Below, in pieces: positions 31,864 to 48,179 of a stretch of DNA of 64,000 bases. The stretch comes from Eledone cirrhosa (Eukaryota): contig OZ024748.1 in NCBI GenBank assembly GCA_964016885.1, forward strand, positions 48,670,001 through 48,734,000, given 5' to 3'. The notes beneath the pieces are model-generated. The model was not told the origin of the DNA. It ran no database searches and saw only the letters and a list, made by a program, of their open reading frames with translations. The translations under genes were made by a program, and so were the position numbers. The first letter of the stretch is position 1, and every line of letters starts with the position of its first letter.

Positions 31864-32879
31864 TTATTGTATACTTACAGTAAACATGTTGACTAAACAG
31901 GGTTGTGTATGCAACCCATCAATCAGTAAATTAAGATGCAATTCAAGTCAAGCACTCAACATCGTGTTTTTTTTTCTTTCAAATATGATTTCTCAGTCAG
32001 TGATGGAGTATATGTAGAATAATGAAAATGTGAAATTTGGTGTAGATGTTTAAAGATCCTTTATTAACAAAGCTGTGATACATATTTCAATGATGATTGT
32101 GGTTTTTTCAGACCACATCATTATGTAATAAGGTTATATTTTCAAAGCAATCCAATCTAAAGACAAGGGAACGGACAGAAATGTTTTCATAGTTGGTGTC
32201 TGCCCCCTTGTCAACTTTAGTTCTCCTCCACAGCTTTGCGCAAGCGCGGAGGTGGTGAACTGGCTGATCATCCTTCGTCTAGCACCCAATTCTATGCCAG
32301 CATCTAGGGCCACATAGACAAGCCTATCTCACATACCAAGCCTCACTCACCACAGCTGGTCAGATGCTCCAGTTACAGAGTTCAATTTAGCCTAAATGTT
32401 TTAGTTTACTGGTAGGCTAACACCCAACAGACACCAGCACCAATAAACCAAAATCGTGTAGTGGAGTGCATGCATCGCCCTGTTTACTATCACATCTTTA
32501 TGGTGGGATAACACATTGACCATTGACCACAAAGTGGATAGATAAATTAATGCTAGGATCTATTTATATATGTGTATATATGTAAAGTGGTGATGTTGGT
32601 GTCACCGCAAAAAGCACCCAGCCCACACTGTAAAGTGGTCGTGTAGGTGTCTTGGCAAAAAGTACTCAGCCCATGCAGTTGTGTAGGTGTCTTGACAAAA
32701 TATATCCAGTTCACACTGTAAATGTGGTTGGCGTTAGGGAGGGCATCCAGCTGTAGAAACCAAGCTAAAATCAGTTCTGTATGAGCAAGTCATTTTCACC
32801 TGACTTAGCTTTGCCCACAACAGGACAACTCGTCTAACCCATGCTAGCCTGGAAGAATGGACATAAAATGTTGATGATG

Positions 32880-32923
<44 letters not shown>

Positions 32924-33017
32924 TAGTTTGGGAGAGTCATGTTGCCAATAAGTATAACAATATATGTTTCAACACATGTTTTCAGATAAGAAATCTCGCA
33001 AAACAAATTCAAAAACG

Positions 33018-33071
<54 letters not shown>

Positions 33072-33644
33072 CTTTCTCCATTCTTGTGTGTATCTATGTA
33101 TGTGTATGTGTCACATGAGTGAAGGAATGTGTTTTGTTGTTGTGTGTTTTCTGTTCCCTATCCATAATATTCTAACAATACAGCCTTCCATACTTTACCA
33201 CTGCCTTCAGTTAAAAGTCAACTTTTCGGATTATTGGATTAACTGGAAATTCTATTTGAGATTTAAAAAAAAATTAAGTGTGTGTGTGTGTGAGGTGCAT
33301 ATGCTTATGTGTGTGTCAGTGATGTTAAGGGTGGTAGTGTTGGTGCATGTGTGTGTCTGTTTATGTCTGTATATATATATGTGTGTGTGTAAGTAGTGTT
33401 ATGTGTGTTGGTGTTTGTGCATGTGTGTGTCTGTGTCTGTCTCTGTGTGTATGTATATGTGTGTAAGTCTGTGTGTAGATGTGTGTATGTGTCAGTAGTA
33501 TTAAAGGTGTTGGTGTTAAGTGGTGATGTGAAGACATTGAAATAAAACAAAGTGTCTCTGAGAATTCTTCACTCATTGCAAACTTTTTGATTCCATTAAC
33601 CTTTTCTACTAAATGGCACCAAACGGTATTAAAAGGCGGAGTCT

Positions 33645-33687
<43 letters not shown>

Positions 33688-33839
33688 CCATCATCATCAC
33701 CATCATCATCATCATCATCATCATCACCATCATCACCATCATCACCATCATCACCATCATCATCATCACCACCACCACCATCATCATCATCACCACCATC
33801 ATCATCACCACCATCATCATCATCATCATCACCACCACC

Positions 33840-33870
<31 letters not shown>

Positions 33871-33930
33871 CCACCACCATCACCGTCATCATCACCATCA
33901 CCATCACCACCATCATTATCATCATCATCA
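33645..33930. repeat. (CAT/CAC)n microsatellite
   Basis: Seen directly. Confidence 0.97.
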
Positions 33931-34155
33931 GGGTGGTGGAATGGCAGAATTGGTAGTGCGTCAGATACCCTGCTTTGTGGCATAGAGTTACGGCCCTTGA
34001 TGATCTGAGTTCATATCCCACCAAGGTTAACTTTGCCTTTCATCCTCATGGGGTCGATAAAATAAAGTACCAGTCTCGCATTGGGGTCGATTTAATCGAC
34101 TTTCCCCTCTCCCAAAATTGCTGGCCTTGTGCCTAAATAAGAAACCATTATTATT
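33931..34155 (+). mobile_element. tRNA-derived SINE family B, (ATT)n tail. More than 15 further full or partial copies, e.g. 3713-3920, 4245-4430, 26240-26500(-), 38648-38826, 40365-40535(-), 41697-41900, 42525-42855, 52790-53228(-), 63760-63950(-)
   Basis: TGGCAGAATTGG A box, GAGTTCA.ATCC B box, conserved gcctttcatcct..ggggtcgataaaataaagtaccagt block (possibly the Meta/MESC domain; unverified). Confidence 0.85.
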
Positions 34156-34285
34156 TGCTATATTTTTTTATAAATTGGTTTCAAGTTGTATTATTTCAGC
34201 AAAGATATCACTCTTTCTTCCTTACCAATTTTCTTTCTTTCTTTCTTATGGCCCATCACTATTTCCTCCATCTGTATATGTATGT

Positions 34286-34370
<85 letters not shown>

Positions 34371-34433
34371 CACATACATACATAAAGGTGTGTCCAAGAA
34401 TCTTTATTGATTGTCTTTTTTTATCTTTTTCAG

Positions 34434-34727
34434 ATTCCATGAATGTATCCGATGTTTTAGCTCAATATGTACTTCGGCTCATTTCTCACCTCGGACTTCA
34501 TCTTTAACGTCGTAAATATAGGATTTTAAAATGAACAGTATGGATAAACAAAAGGAACCATACTGATCTGCCCCCTCCCCCATTATTACAATGAGGACAT
34601 CTCGAAGTTTCAAGTTCCTTTATCGTCGTATTTTTGAAGCTACACAGCACCAAAGAGACATGTAGAGATTGTCTGCTCTAAATACCAGTGTAAAGCTCAT
34701 GTGAGCGTGTGTACTGACGGGGGGAGA
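34434..34727 (+). promoter_or_regulatory. Spliced 5' UTR part of the exon, with uORFs
   Basis: Lies between a strong acceptor and ATG 34728. uORFs at 34439-34507, 34531-34566, 34591-34665 and 34699-34704. Confidence 0.55.
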
Positions 34728-35920
34728 ATGAATTCTGAACCAGGACAGAGGAATGCTGTCAACTACGGTTCTGGATCCCACAGCCTCCAGTTCGGAGGAT
34801 TAACACATTTACCAATCACGTTAAAGACTCCTGTACTTCACACTGGAATTGTAACCGGAAATGGTGCTTTCCCAGTTGGAATTCAGAGCCTTGATCGTGG
34901 AATCTCTTCTATAGTTAATGTGCCGAATGAGCTCCCAGCTGGCTACATGTCTGCTGCCACCGTCCCCATTGGAAGCATGCCAACACAGTTCAGCAGTTTA
35001 CAAGGGACTTCTGAGGCACCACCGAACAATTGTTCCATTGATAAACTTTCTATCCACTACAAGAGCCTGCTGGACAGTATTATGCAATCTCAAGGTGCTG
35101 CTGCTGCTGCCGCTGCTGCTACTGCTACGTTGCCTAACTTTGACCATTTCTTGACACAATTTAACCAACAGCAACAGCATTCCCCTCATAGCCAGCTGAC
35201 CAGAGCACCACTCAACCACAATGCCTTTCTTCAGGCAACTAGCTTGGAACTTCCTGCCAATCTGATGGCCTGTATACAAGCACCAACCCCCACACAAATA
35301 AATCCTGGAAAGCTTACTAAAGAGGATGAAAACACTGTGTCTGAAGGGGACAGTGTCCTGTTCAATGGTCAGAACCATCTTCCAGAATTACAAGAACTTG
35401 GAGACTCTCTGTCAAACAGTTTTACTCTGCCTTCTCGGAATCTGCCATCAACTCCGTCTGTGGTTGCTGGTTCACTCGTCAGCCAGTTGTTGTTGAAAAA
35501 CACCACCACCAACAACAACACCATCACTACCGCCACCACCGCCACTACTAACACGGGCAACAATAACATCAATAACACAGATGTGGTGGCCAGCTGTAAT
35601 CACACTACCATCACCACCACAACAATCACTACAACAACAAGCAGTCATTTTGGATCCCCAATGTCTGCCCACGTACATTCACAGGTGGCTATTCCAACCA
35701 TTACAATGTTGACCACAAAATATCCTCAACCTACAAAACCAAATAACTCTCACCAAATAAACAGTCGGTGTAGTCAAAAGTCTGTGCCAGCCACTGATAC
35801 AGTAGAACCATCTCTAACATCTGAGTTACCATTCTATCCTAAAAAACTTTCCTTTTCTAGTGTAATTACACCTTTAGGCTGGAAACGAGTTCTAGAAGAA
35901 GGAGTTATTGTATATTACAG
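34728..35920 (+). CDS. First coding exon of an MBD5/MBD6 (Sba)-like protein: about 380 aa low-complexity N-terminus, then the start of the MBD domain
   Basis: Only long non-repetitive ORF in the window. Acceptor ttttttatctttttcag|34434, in-frame TGA at 34635, ATG at 34728, donor TACAG|gtaaga at 35920/35921 (phase 2). C-terminal VITPLGWKRVLEEGVIVYY(S) resembles the MBD5 start [21 protein letters not shown] (recalled, not searched). Confidence 0.75.
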
Positions 35921-36361
35921 GTAAGATGATATTTTTATTTTTTTGTTATTGTTTTTCTTCAGACATTATTTTTATTTTTATTTTACAGCATTGTGTTTTT
36001 GTCTTATTAACTGGCAGAGTTGTTAGAGCATCGGACAAGATATTTTGTGCTGATTTGTTTTGGCTCTCTGTACCTCTATGACTGTGTATGTACATACTTA
36101 CACACACACACCACACACCACACACCACACACACGCATACACACACTTTTCTTGTTATTAAAAAAAAAATAGTTGTTGCTGCTTTTATTTCATGTTTCCA
36201 CTGAATATTGTTTGCTCTGTCAATGGATAACTTTTACCATAAATGTTCCTGATAAGAAGATTCCAACAAACGGGGAAATAACAGTCTTTTTCCTCTGAAG
36301 ACTGGTGCCAGGTGTGTGGTACGGTAGTACAGACTGTACAGGGTGTTTGTGTTAGAGTAGT

Positions 36362-37142
36362 ACAGGGGTGGACAGGATGTAGTGAGACAGGGGTGGACAG
36401 GATGTAGTGAGACAGGTTGACAGGGTATAGTGAGACAGGGGTGGACAGGATGTAGTGAGACGGGTGGACAGGGTGTAGTGAGACAGGGGTGGACAGGATG
36501 TAGTGAGACAGGGGTGGACAGGATGTAGTGAGACAGGGGTGGACAGGATGTAGTGAGACAGGGGTGGACAGAGTATAGTGAGACAGGGTGTAGTGAGACG
36601 GTGAGACAGGAGTAGACAGGATGTAGTGAGACGGGTGGACAGGGTGTAGTGAGACAGGGGTGGACAGGATGTAGTGAGACAGGTGGACAGGGTGTAGTGA
36701 GACAGGGGTGGACAGGATGTAGTGAGACGGGTGGACAGGGTGTAGTGAGACAGGGGTGGACAGGATGTAGTGAGACAGGGGTGGACAGGATGTAGTGAGA
36801 CAGGGGTGGACAGGATGTAGTGAGACAGGGGTGGACAGGATGTAGTGAGACAGGGGTGGACAGAGTATAGTGAGACAGGGTGTAGTGAGACGGTGAGACA
36901 GGAGTAGACAGGATGTAGTGAGACGGGTGGACAGGGTGTAGTGAGACAGGGGTGGACAGGATGTAGTGAGACAGGTGGACAGGGTGTAGTGAGACAGGGG
37001 TGGACAGGATGTAGTGAGACAGGGGTGGACAGGATGTAGTGAGACGGGTGGACAGGATGTAGTGAGACAGGGGTGGACAGGATGTAGTGAGACAGGGTAT
37101 AGTGAGATGGTGAGACAGGGTGTAGACAGGGTGTAGTGAGAT
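36362..37142. repeat. About 25-bp G-rich minisatellite acaggggtggacaggatgtagtgag
   Basis: Seen directly; a variant block recurs at about 36571 and 36863. Confidence 0.95.
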
Positions 37143-38419
37143 GGGTAGATTGGGTGTTTAAAGTCTGTCATCTGCCTAATACTATAAAAGCAATGGATTA
37201 AAGTTAGCTTGCTATCTCATTTGATAACAGAAATCTATTCTGTTGTTTGTCTTGTAGTTTTCAATACAACTTTCTCTTTCTCCCTCCCTATCTCTCTCTT
37301 TCTCTCACTCTCTCTTTCCCCATCCTTCTTTCTCACTCCTATCCCTCTCTCTTTCTCGCTCTCCCTCCTCTCTCTCACACACACAGAAGTCTTAAATGAT
37401 TGTTTCTAATTAGTTTATTCTCTTGATTGATGTTATACCACATGCCAATAGTATTTGTAATGTTACTTCAATAAGAAATTAATCAATAATTTCTTCTGAA
37501 CTATTTCCTTTTAACTAATATATCAAGGTCATTGTCTTTAAGAAACAGTTCTTCCTAATCCATTTAATATACCAATCCCTCTTTTCATTTCTATTTCAAA
37601 TATTTTACTTTTCCACCTTTCAAATGTGAAACTTCTAGAATTAAAATTACATTCTTCCCAAATAAGAATTATATAATTTATAGAATTCCACAATTCTTTA
37701 TTATATTCTCTCAGTGATGTTCAAAGTTTCAAAGAAGCTATTTTCTAGGTCTTGGCCTGGTTGTGTGGTTAACATGTCAGTTATTGTACTAATGAGATTT
37801 CTGGTTCAATCTTAATGTAGAGCACTTCAGATTGGGTTTACCGATTCCTTATGAATGGAATTGGTAGATATCAACTATACAAAGCCTGTCGCATCTGTGT
37901 GTGTGCAGGCATCAGTTTTTTGTCTTTGGAGTTGTCACTTTGCATTTGACACCACTTTTGGGAATGTCTTGTTAATGTGATCTCCTGTGTTACAGGACAG
38001 TAAGAACTAATGCTATGAATCTAAAACTAATCACCGATTCTTAAAAGTATATCTATAATTACGAGATATGGACAATAACAATGTTATTGTGAAGTAAAAT
38101 TCATCTCTATCAGTTTGGACAGTGAGTGTTCAATTGCTTGATCAACTGAACTGTTCTTTAAATCTGCTGATCAAGACAATATTTCCTTAAACTTATGTTA
38201 ACTTCACTGGAGCCTGACTGTAGATATTTTCAATTATATATATATACACATACATACACACACATGCATGGGCTCACACACACATGTGAATATATACTAT
38301 TACTAAAATGGAAAATGGATGTTAAATTATACACTGCACTGAGCATATCAATTCTTTATTTATATTTTGCTGTAACTCAGTAGGGATTAATGAATCTTTT
38401 AAATCTTTTATGTTAATTA

Positions 38420-38493
38420 CACCTGAAGATGTCTCAGATTGCCTTGCATCATGATCTGATGGTGTAAACCAGACATAGAAATACATATGGTGG
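38420..38493 (+). ncRNA. Decayed long-stem-II hammerhead
   Basis: CAC-CUGAAGA-UGUCU...AGACA-ua-GAAAU-ACAU-AUG-GUG. Triplet ends in G and there is a 2-nt insert before GAAA. Confidence 0.45.
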
Positions 38494-41400
38494 ATTTATT
38501 CAACATTTAAAGAGTATATTGGAATATGGTCTTCTTTTATATATATATACTCTTTTACTCTTTTACCGGTTTCAGCCATCCGGCTGAGGCCATTTTAGCC
38601 AGGTATTTTACAGCTGGATGCCCTTCCTAACACCAACCACTGTAGATTGGCAGTATCGCTAGAGGGTCAGACACCATGCTTTCCAGCATAGTTACGTCCC
38701 TTTACGATCTGAGTTCAAATCCCGGCGAGGTTGACTTTGCCTTTCATCCTTACGGGGTCGATAAAATAAAGTACCAGTAATGCACTGGGTATTTGCTGGC
38801 CTTGTGCCTAAAGTAGAAACAATTATAAAGACACTCTTCCTGCTATTTCAAGCATTTAACTAATATATTTCTTCCATGTATTGTGCCGTTTGTTTTGTTA
38901 TTTCTGTTTACCTTTTACACACACGCACACACGCACACACACACACACACACACACAACAAAGGAAAGGAAAATTTAAATTCTTATCGAATTTCGATACA
39001 AGTTCAAATTTCAAATTTACCTTTATTTATTTATTCATTTGCATTTTTTATATTTTTTAAATCTACCATTTGCCCAGATTTCATTGCATGAAACCACATT
39101 AGTTCTTAGCAATTTGCAAATTTCAAACTGAAGAAGAAGGGTGGGGAAAAAAATTGACAGAAAGAAATTGAAATTTTTATTCTTGTCAGAAACAAAGGTA
39201 AAGCATTAATATTAATGACGATGGTGACAACAACAATAATAATCCGAAAAAATCTAGAGGTTATTCAATAATAAGAGCCTTAATGTCTGATTGAATTACA
39301 ATGAAGTAATACTCATGTTGTGGACATATAAATTATCAAATTTACAACAACAACAGACAAAAGAAGTCTTTGTTTTAAAGAGAAAACAAAAGGCAGTGAA
39401 TATAGTTTATTGAATGGATATTGGCAATTATAATGAGGTTGATTAATATTCAACATGAATGGTCTGTCTGTTGTAATATATGTTTATAGAGTAGCATTCG
39501 GCTTCCTGCCTAGACTTCCCCACCCAACAAGCTGGAGAGGGCAAACTGTCAAAGTATCAGCCACTCCGTGTCAGGTTTGTGGTCAAGCCTGTGGCAGTGG
39601 AGACTTCCGGCATTCTTTAGGCCTCCCGACCTCATCCCTACTCCCTGTCATCAAAGTGGAGTGGAGATGTCTATCTGCAGGTGTGAGGTGCAGTGGCTTT
39701 TCCAGCAGATCTCCCTTTCCATCCTCTAGGACAATGTCTTCTCCATCTTATCGGCCAGGAACACCATGAGATAAACTAACCCCTAGGTTTCATTTATGGT
39801 GGTGGCATGTGGATTAGATTTACTTCCATAAGCAGGACTAGGTTGAGAATTGGCATTATATGTGTTTTTATTCAGTAGACAGATTCTTTATAACATTGAC
39901 ACAAGGGTAGCAATATTTGAGGACAGTTGATTATATCAACCACAGTACTTGATGGGTACTTTATGGACTCTGGAACAATGAACAACAAAGTTGACGTTGG
40001 TGGGATTTGAACTCAGAACATAGAAAGTTGTAATGAAATACAGTAAAGTATTCTGTCTGACATTCTAATGACTCAGCCAATCCATTGCACCCCACAAAAA
40101 GTTTAACATGTTGGGTAAACTCCTAAGAGACAGTGGGTAAACTCCTAAGAGACAGTATCATCTGTGGGAATCAGATTCACACCTTTTGTATACTGGATAA
40201 CTGTGTTACCATTGCACCAAAGATAAAGTTGTCCTGCTGGGAATTGAACTCAGAAGACTGAGAGACATAACTTAAAACACAAGGAATTTTGTTCAGTCCT
40301 TTACTGGTTCTGTCATTCACCCCTAGAGACTCATCAAATAATGGATTCTCATTTAGGCTCATGGCCAACAATTTTTGGGGAGGGGCAAGTCAATTAAATC
40401 AACCCCAGTGCATTACTGGTACTTTATTTTATTGACTCTGTAAGAATGAAAGGTAAAGCTAACCTCGGCGGGATTTGAAATCCGAATGTAAAGGGCAGGG
40501 ACTCTATGCTGCAAAGTATGTTGTCTGATGCTCTACCATATGAAAATATATGTAGGTAAGAATGAACATTACTGTCACTACCAGATTTACAAATGAGCTA
40601 AGTAGGCTGTAGCCCAGGACCTCATAGTTAAATTTAAGCCCTCCCCTCTTTTCAATATATGTTAAAATATACAGTACCAGATTTACACAGGCTACAGCCC
40701 AGGTGCTCACAATCTAGCCCCTCTCCATGCTATTCCACTTCAAATATATGTTAAAATATAGCTATGAAACATGACATTTCGGTGAAAATTTAGAATATAA
40801 TACAGTTCTTTTTCATTGAGTGTCACCCATGATTTAGAGGTCAGCATAGAATATTGACATTATTGTATATGTAGGCTTACATTCAAGTACTTTTAATTTT
40901 TATTGGGTTTTCTTGTGAGCAGGTGCTCCCAAACGTTCCCTAACCCAACTCAGCCCAAGACACAGACACATAATTACTTTAATTCAGATTCTATTGCAGA
41001 TGGAAGGAAGTAAAATATGAAAAAAAAGCTACTGTGAAATAAATTAAGAATGACAGGACTTCTTTGAGTGAGAATGTAGTTGTGTTATAGAGGACAATAG
41101 AAAATTAGTTAGAAATAAATCAATGAGGAATACAAGGAAAACAGTTGTAAAATTATTGACCATGTTGACAACAAGGCTTATTAACTATTGTGAATATTTT
41201 GTTTTTTTAAAACATTGCCTTGGAGACCTGCATGTAGAATTCCAGATGGTTTCTTTGAAAAATGACGAGACACCTATATTTTATTGATTTATATGTCAAA
41301 TTCATTTAATTAATTATTCGTTTATAGTTCTATTTCTACTACCATTAACGAGACAATTCTAGCAGAGTTGTTACAACGTTGGATAGAATGCTTTATGGTG

Positions 41401-41899
41401 TTTGTTCCAACCCTGTGCTCTGAGTTCAAATGCTGCTAAAGTCAACTTTGCATTTCATCCTTTGGAAGTTGAAAAAAACAAGAACCAGTCCCGTACAGTA
41501 CAGGGATTGATTCTTCCCCTTGATCTCTTTCTCACTTCTTTATCTCTTCCTCTCTTTCCTTCTCTGGAAGAAGTCTGCTGTGATTAAGCTTGGAGAGGAA
41601 AAGGACTCCACCAGGTTTAAAAACAAATACCCAAGAAATGCTAGGTATGGGTTTAAAAAGAAAGGATTACTACAATTATTATTAAGGAGGAGCATATTGG
41701 ATTAGCAGATTTGGTAGAGCATCAGAAAACACACTTTGTAGCATAGTTATGACCCTTTACATTTTGATTTCAAATCCTGCCGTTCATCCTTATGGGGGTC
41801 GATAAAATAAAGTACCAGTCATGCACTGGGCTCAATTTAATTAACTTTCCCCTCCCCCAAATTGCTGGCCTTGTGCCTAAATCAGATACCATTATTATT

Positions 41900-42521
41900 A
41901 TTGTTTCTTTACTCAGCTTCTAAAGCTGGAGATGTATTACAGTGTTAGCTGTTCACCATCAGTGAACTGAGGTAACACCCCTTATTTTTCGAGTACCCTC
42001 CGGAGTATTTGAGCTGTTCCAAGCAATGCTGTTTTTAGTAAGTATTCCATCCGTATTGCATTCCCTATTTGTTTAATGTACTTGTCAAGATCTCTAATCA
42101 CTGTTCCCAAGACCCCTTTTTCAGTGATCACAACTGCTTAACCTCCCAAGCTAACCTGTCATATCTATCAATTTTTGTTATCAGCTGGACAGGCTATATC
42201 TGTGATCCAACGCTGTTTTCTTTCTCAATTAGTACAGCATCTGGTCTCCTATGCTCAATCTCATGGTCACACTGTATCACAAAGTCCCACAGGATCTTTA
42301 CATCATAATTTTCGATAAAGCCCTCAAGGTGGTATGTTTGTACCACTTTTCTGCTCTGTCATATTTACCACAAAGTACCCAGTGGACTATCCTTGCTATG
42401 CTGTTGTGACGTCTCTTATATTCTTTCTGAGCTAGTGGTGTACATTGACTGGTAATATGCCATACAGTTTCTTCATTCATGCCACAAATTCTACACCTAT
42501 CACTTTCCGCATTGTGGTCTA
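41900..42521 (-). mobile_element. R4/Dong-type LINE 3' fragment (CCHC knuckle plus restriction-like endonuclease)
   Basis: CRICGMNEETVWHITSQCTPLAQKEYKRRHNSIARIVHW..ILWDF..IEHRRPD..KTALLGTAQILRRVL*, followed by a (TAA)n tail. Confidence 0.85.
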
Positions 42522-43549
42522 CTCCATTGAGGTTAGCTTTGCCTTTCATCCTTACGGAGTCAATAAAATAAAGCACCAGTAATGCACTGGGGTCAATTTA
42601 ATCGACTTTCCCCCCTCCACCAAAATTGCTGGCCTTGTGCCTAAAGTAGAAACAATTATTATTATTGGCAGTATCAATAGAGCATAAAACAACATGCTTC
42701 GTGGTACAGAGTTACAACGCTTTACTTTCTGAGTTCAAATTCCGCTGAGGTTAACTTTGCCTTTCATCCTAACAAGGTCAATAAAATAAAGCACCAGTAA
42801 TACACTGGGGTAATTGCTGACCTTGTACCTATAGTAGAAACAATTATTATTATTATATGATTTTATTTGGTCAAGAGGTTACATATGGAGTAGTATTAGT
42901 CTCTTCCTTCCATTCAAAGCTCATTTTACATGAGAGTTTGCACTGTTGACTTCTAATAATAAGAACAATAATAAAATAATGTCTTATTATATACAAATTT
43001 GTGTTTTCCTGGCAGTAGTTTTACACAGTTTGACAAAAAATCCAATATAAACCAATCTTTGAATTGATTCATTGTTAACCACTCATTCTTTCCTTTTTTC
43101 TTTCGTCCTTATCTATATATATATATATACATATACACGCACACACATACAGATACATACACATGCACACATATACAGATACATACACACGCACACATAT
43201 ACAGATACATACACATGCACACATATACAGATACATACACACGCACACATACACACACATATATGTTTATGCATATACACACACACACACATATACTCAC
43301 ACTCTTTTGTTTTATATCTTTTAGTTCAAGTGCCAAGTTTCTGTGCTGTTTTTTCTTCTTTTAATGTTGGAAGCAACCAATTGTTAGCTAGAATATCTCA
43401 GTGATAGATTAACAAAGATGAGTTTAAAATCATCGTTAGCATTTTTCTTTGAAATTCTCACCCCTCCCACCACATCTAAATATCATTTCAAAGTGATCTT
43501 TCTTAATTGGCCTTCAGCAGTGTGAAATTCTGGCACAATAGTCAATCAG

Positions 43550-43961
43550 TGTCTCTCTCTCTCTCTCTCTCTTCCCCCTCACTGACTCTCTCTATCTCTC
43601 TCTCTCTCTCTGTCTTCCCCCTCACTGACTCTCTCTATCTCCCTCTCTGTCTTCCCCCTCACTGACTCTCTCTTTCTCTCTCTCTCTGTCTTCCCATTCA
43701 CTGACTCTCTCTCTCTATCTCTCTCTCTGTCTTCCCTCTCACTGACTCTCTCTCTCTCTCTCTGTCTTCCCCCTCACTGACTCTCTCTATCTCTCTCTCT
43801 GTCTTCCCCCTCACTTACTCTCTCTATCTATCTCTCTCTCTGTCTTCCCCCCTCACTGACTCTCTCTCTCTCTCTGTCTTCCCCTTCACTGACTCTCTCT
43901 ATCTCTCTCTCTGTCTTCCCCCTCACTGACTCGCTCTATTCTCTCTCTGTCTTCCCCCTCA

Positions 43962-44025
<64 letters not shown>
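43550..44025. repeat. CT-rich minisatellite (ctct..gtcttccccctcactga) plus (CT)n
   Basis: Seen directly. Confidence 0.93.
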
Positions 44026-44029
<4 letters not shown>

Positions 44030-44070
44030 AAACCCCACTCAGATATTAGACATTGGCTTCCATAATAACG

Positions 44071-46503
<2,433 letters not shown>

Positions 46504-46647
46504 TCCACTGCAAAGTGGTCGTGGAGGTGCCTCACTGTAAATGAGGTTGGTGTTAGGAAGGGCATCCAGCTGTAGAAATCAAGCCAGAATCAGTTCCCGT
46601 CCCACCCTTGCAAGCAGGAAAAAGTGGACGTAAAATGATGATGATGA

Positions 46648-46700
<53 letters not shown>

Positions 46701-47072
46701 TATATATATATATATAACCAAAATTAAATTAAAGATGTCATGTCTGAGAATATCAGAAACAAGCGCCATACCACCTGTAGAGTAAGCTCAAAGATTCAAA
46801 GGGATAAATCTGAGCATTTATTAGCATTAAATTAAAAATCGATTGATATATATATATAAAATAAACACATCAAACAATCACGGGGGATAATTTGTAAAGA
46901 GTGTAAACACACATAGTTACGTAGGTAACATATAAAACATTAACGAGAACCTTGAATATAGATACCATGCAATAATGATTAATCTCCTTTCGTTTACATG
47001 TATAAGTTATTTATTGTACATCGACCTGTTACATGTGTTACGCAAAGGATTGGCTCAAGGTCACCCATAGGA

Positions 47073-47108
<36 letters not shown>

Positions 47109-47199
47109 CGAAGGAAATGTGGTAAGGAACCAGGTGGACCATAACGCACCAAAGTACTCAATACTTAGGGTAGTAGAGTGGGTAATAGAAACAAGTAAG

Positions 47200-47294
47200 A
47201 CCCCGACGGCTGAGCTCGAGCCGTTTCGACGGCTAATTCTGTACTGAATGAAAAATTAATTCTGGTATTTAAATAGCCGAACTTATCAAGTGGT
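47200..47294 (-). ncRNA. Mirror copy of the U3-A8 hammerhead
   Basis: Reverse complement of 47469-47563 with one stem I change (ACCAC). Confidence 0.75.
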
Positions 47295-47468
47295 AATTCC
47301 ATATATGGAATTCAGTACAGAATTAGCCGTCGAAACGGCTTGAGCTCAGCCGTCGGGGTCTTACTTGTTCATATATATATATATATATATATGAACAAGT
47401 AAGACCCCGACGGCTGAGCTCAAGCCGTTTCGACGGCTAATTCTGTACTGAATTCCATATATGGAATT

Positions 47469-47563
47469 ACCCCTTGATAAGTTCGGCTATTTAAATACCA
47501 GAATTAATTTTTCATTCAGTACAGAATTAGCCGTCGAAACGGCTCGAGCTCAGCCGTCGGGGT
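47469..47563 (+). ncRNA. Type I hammerhead ribozyme, U3-A8 variant, long stem II
   Basis: ACCCC-UUGAUAA-G..CGGCUA...UAGCCG.C-GAAAC-GGCUCGAGCUCAGCC-GUC-GGGGU. Confidence 0.8.
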
Positions 47564-47601
47564 CTTACTTGTTTCTATTACCCACTCTACTACCCTAAGT
47601 A

Positions 47602-47640
<39 letters not shown>

Positions 47641-48179
47641 CAGTTAACTGAGTAGCTAGTAAATCATGTGTATCCAGTTTAGAAAAAGTACACTGTATCC
47701 CTACATGTTGTAAGAAGCAACTAAAAGAAGGATATCTGGTTATAAATCATTGTCTCAAGAAATCTCATCCAACTGGAAGGGACAATGTAAAAGTTATGAT
47801 GATTATAAAGTGGCCATTTTGGTGCTGCGACAAAACTGCTCAGCCGTGGCACAAGAAAAAGCACCTGATCCACACTAAAAAATGGTTGTTTTGGAGCTAT
47901 GACAAAACACACCCAGTCCACACTGTAAAGTAGTCATGTAGGTATCATGACAAAAAATACCCAGTCCACACTGTAAAGTGGTTGTTTTGGGGCCACAATA
48001 AAAAGCACCAAGTCCATGCTGTAAATGTGGTTGGCGTTAAGGACATCCAGCCATATAAACGAAGCAGTTCTGTATGAGCAAGACATGGTCACCTGATCCG
48101 ACTTGTCTCACAATGGGTGATGGTATCTGTGTGTTATTGTAAAATGCTGAGTTAATTTATTTTAACTATGAAATTACAA

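Larger units (their letters stand above)
47106..47603. mobile_element. Nested palindromic hammerhead element
   Basis: 47160-47603 is a near-perfect palindrome centred on an (AT)n tract at 47371-47392. Each arm contains its own internal inverted repeat. Flanked by (TA)n. Confidence 0.85.

Noticed and set aside
32717-32730. tgtaaatgtgg (CKCG) as the next MBD5 exon (also at about 48021 and 50762)
   Set aside because: Part of the SINE-A body; flanks do not encode MBD residues.
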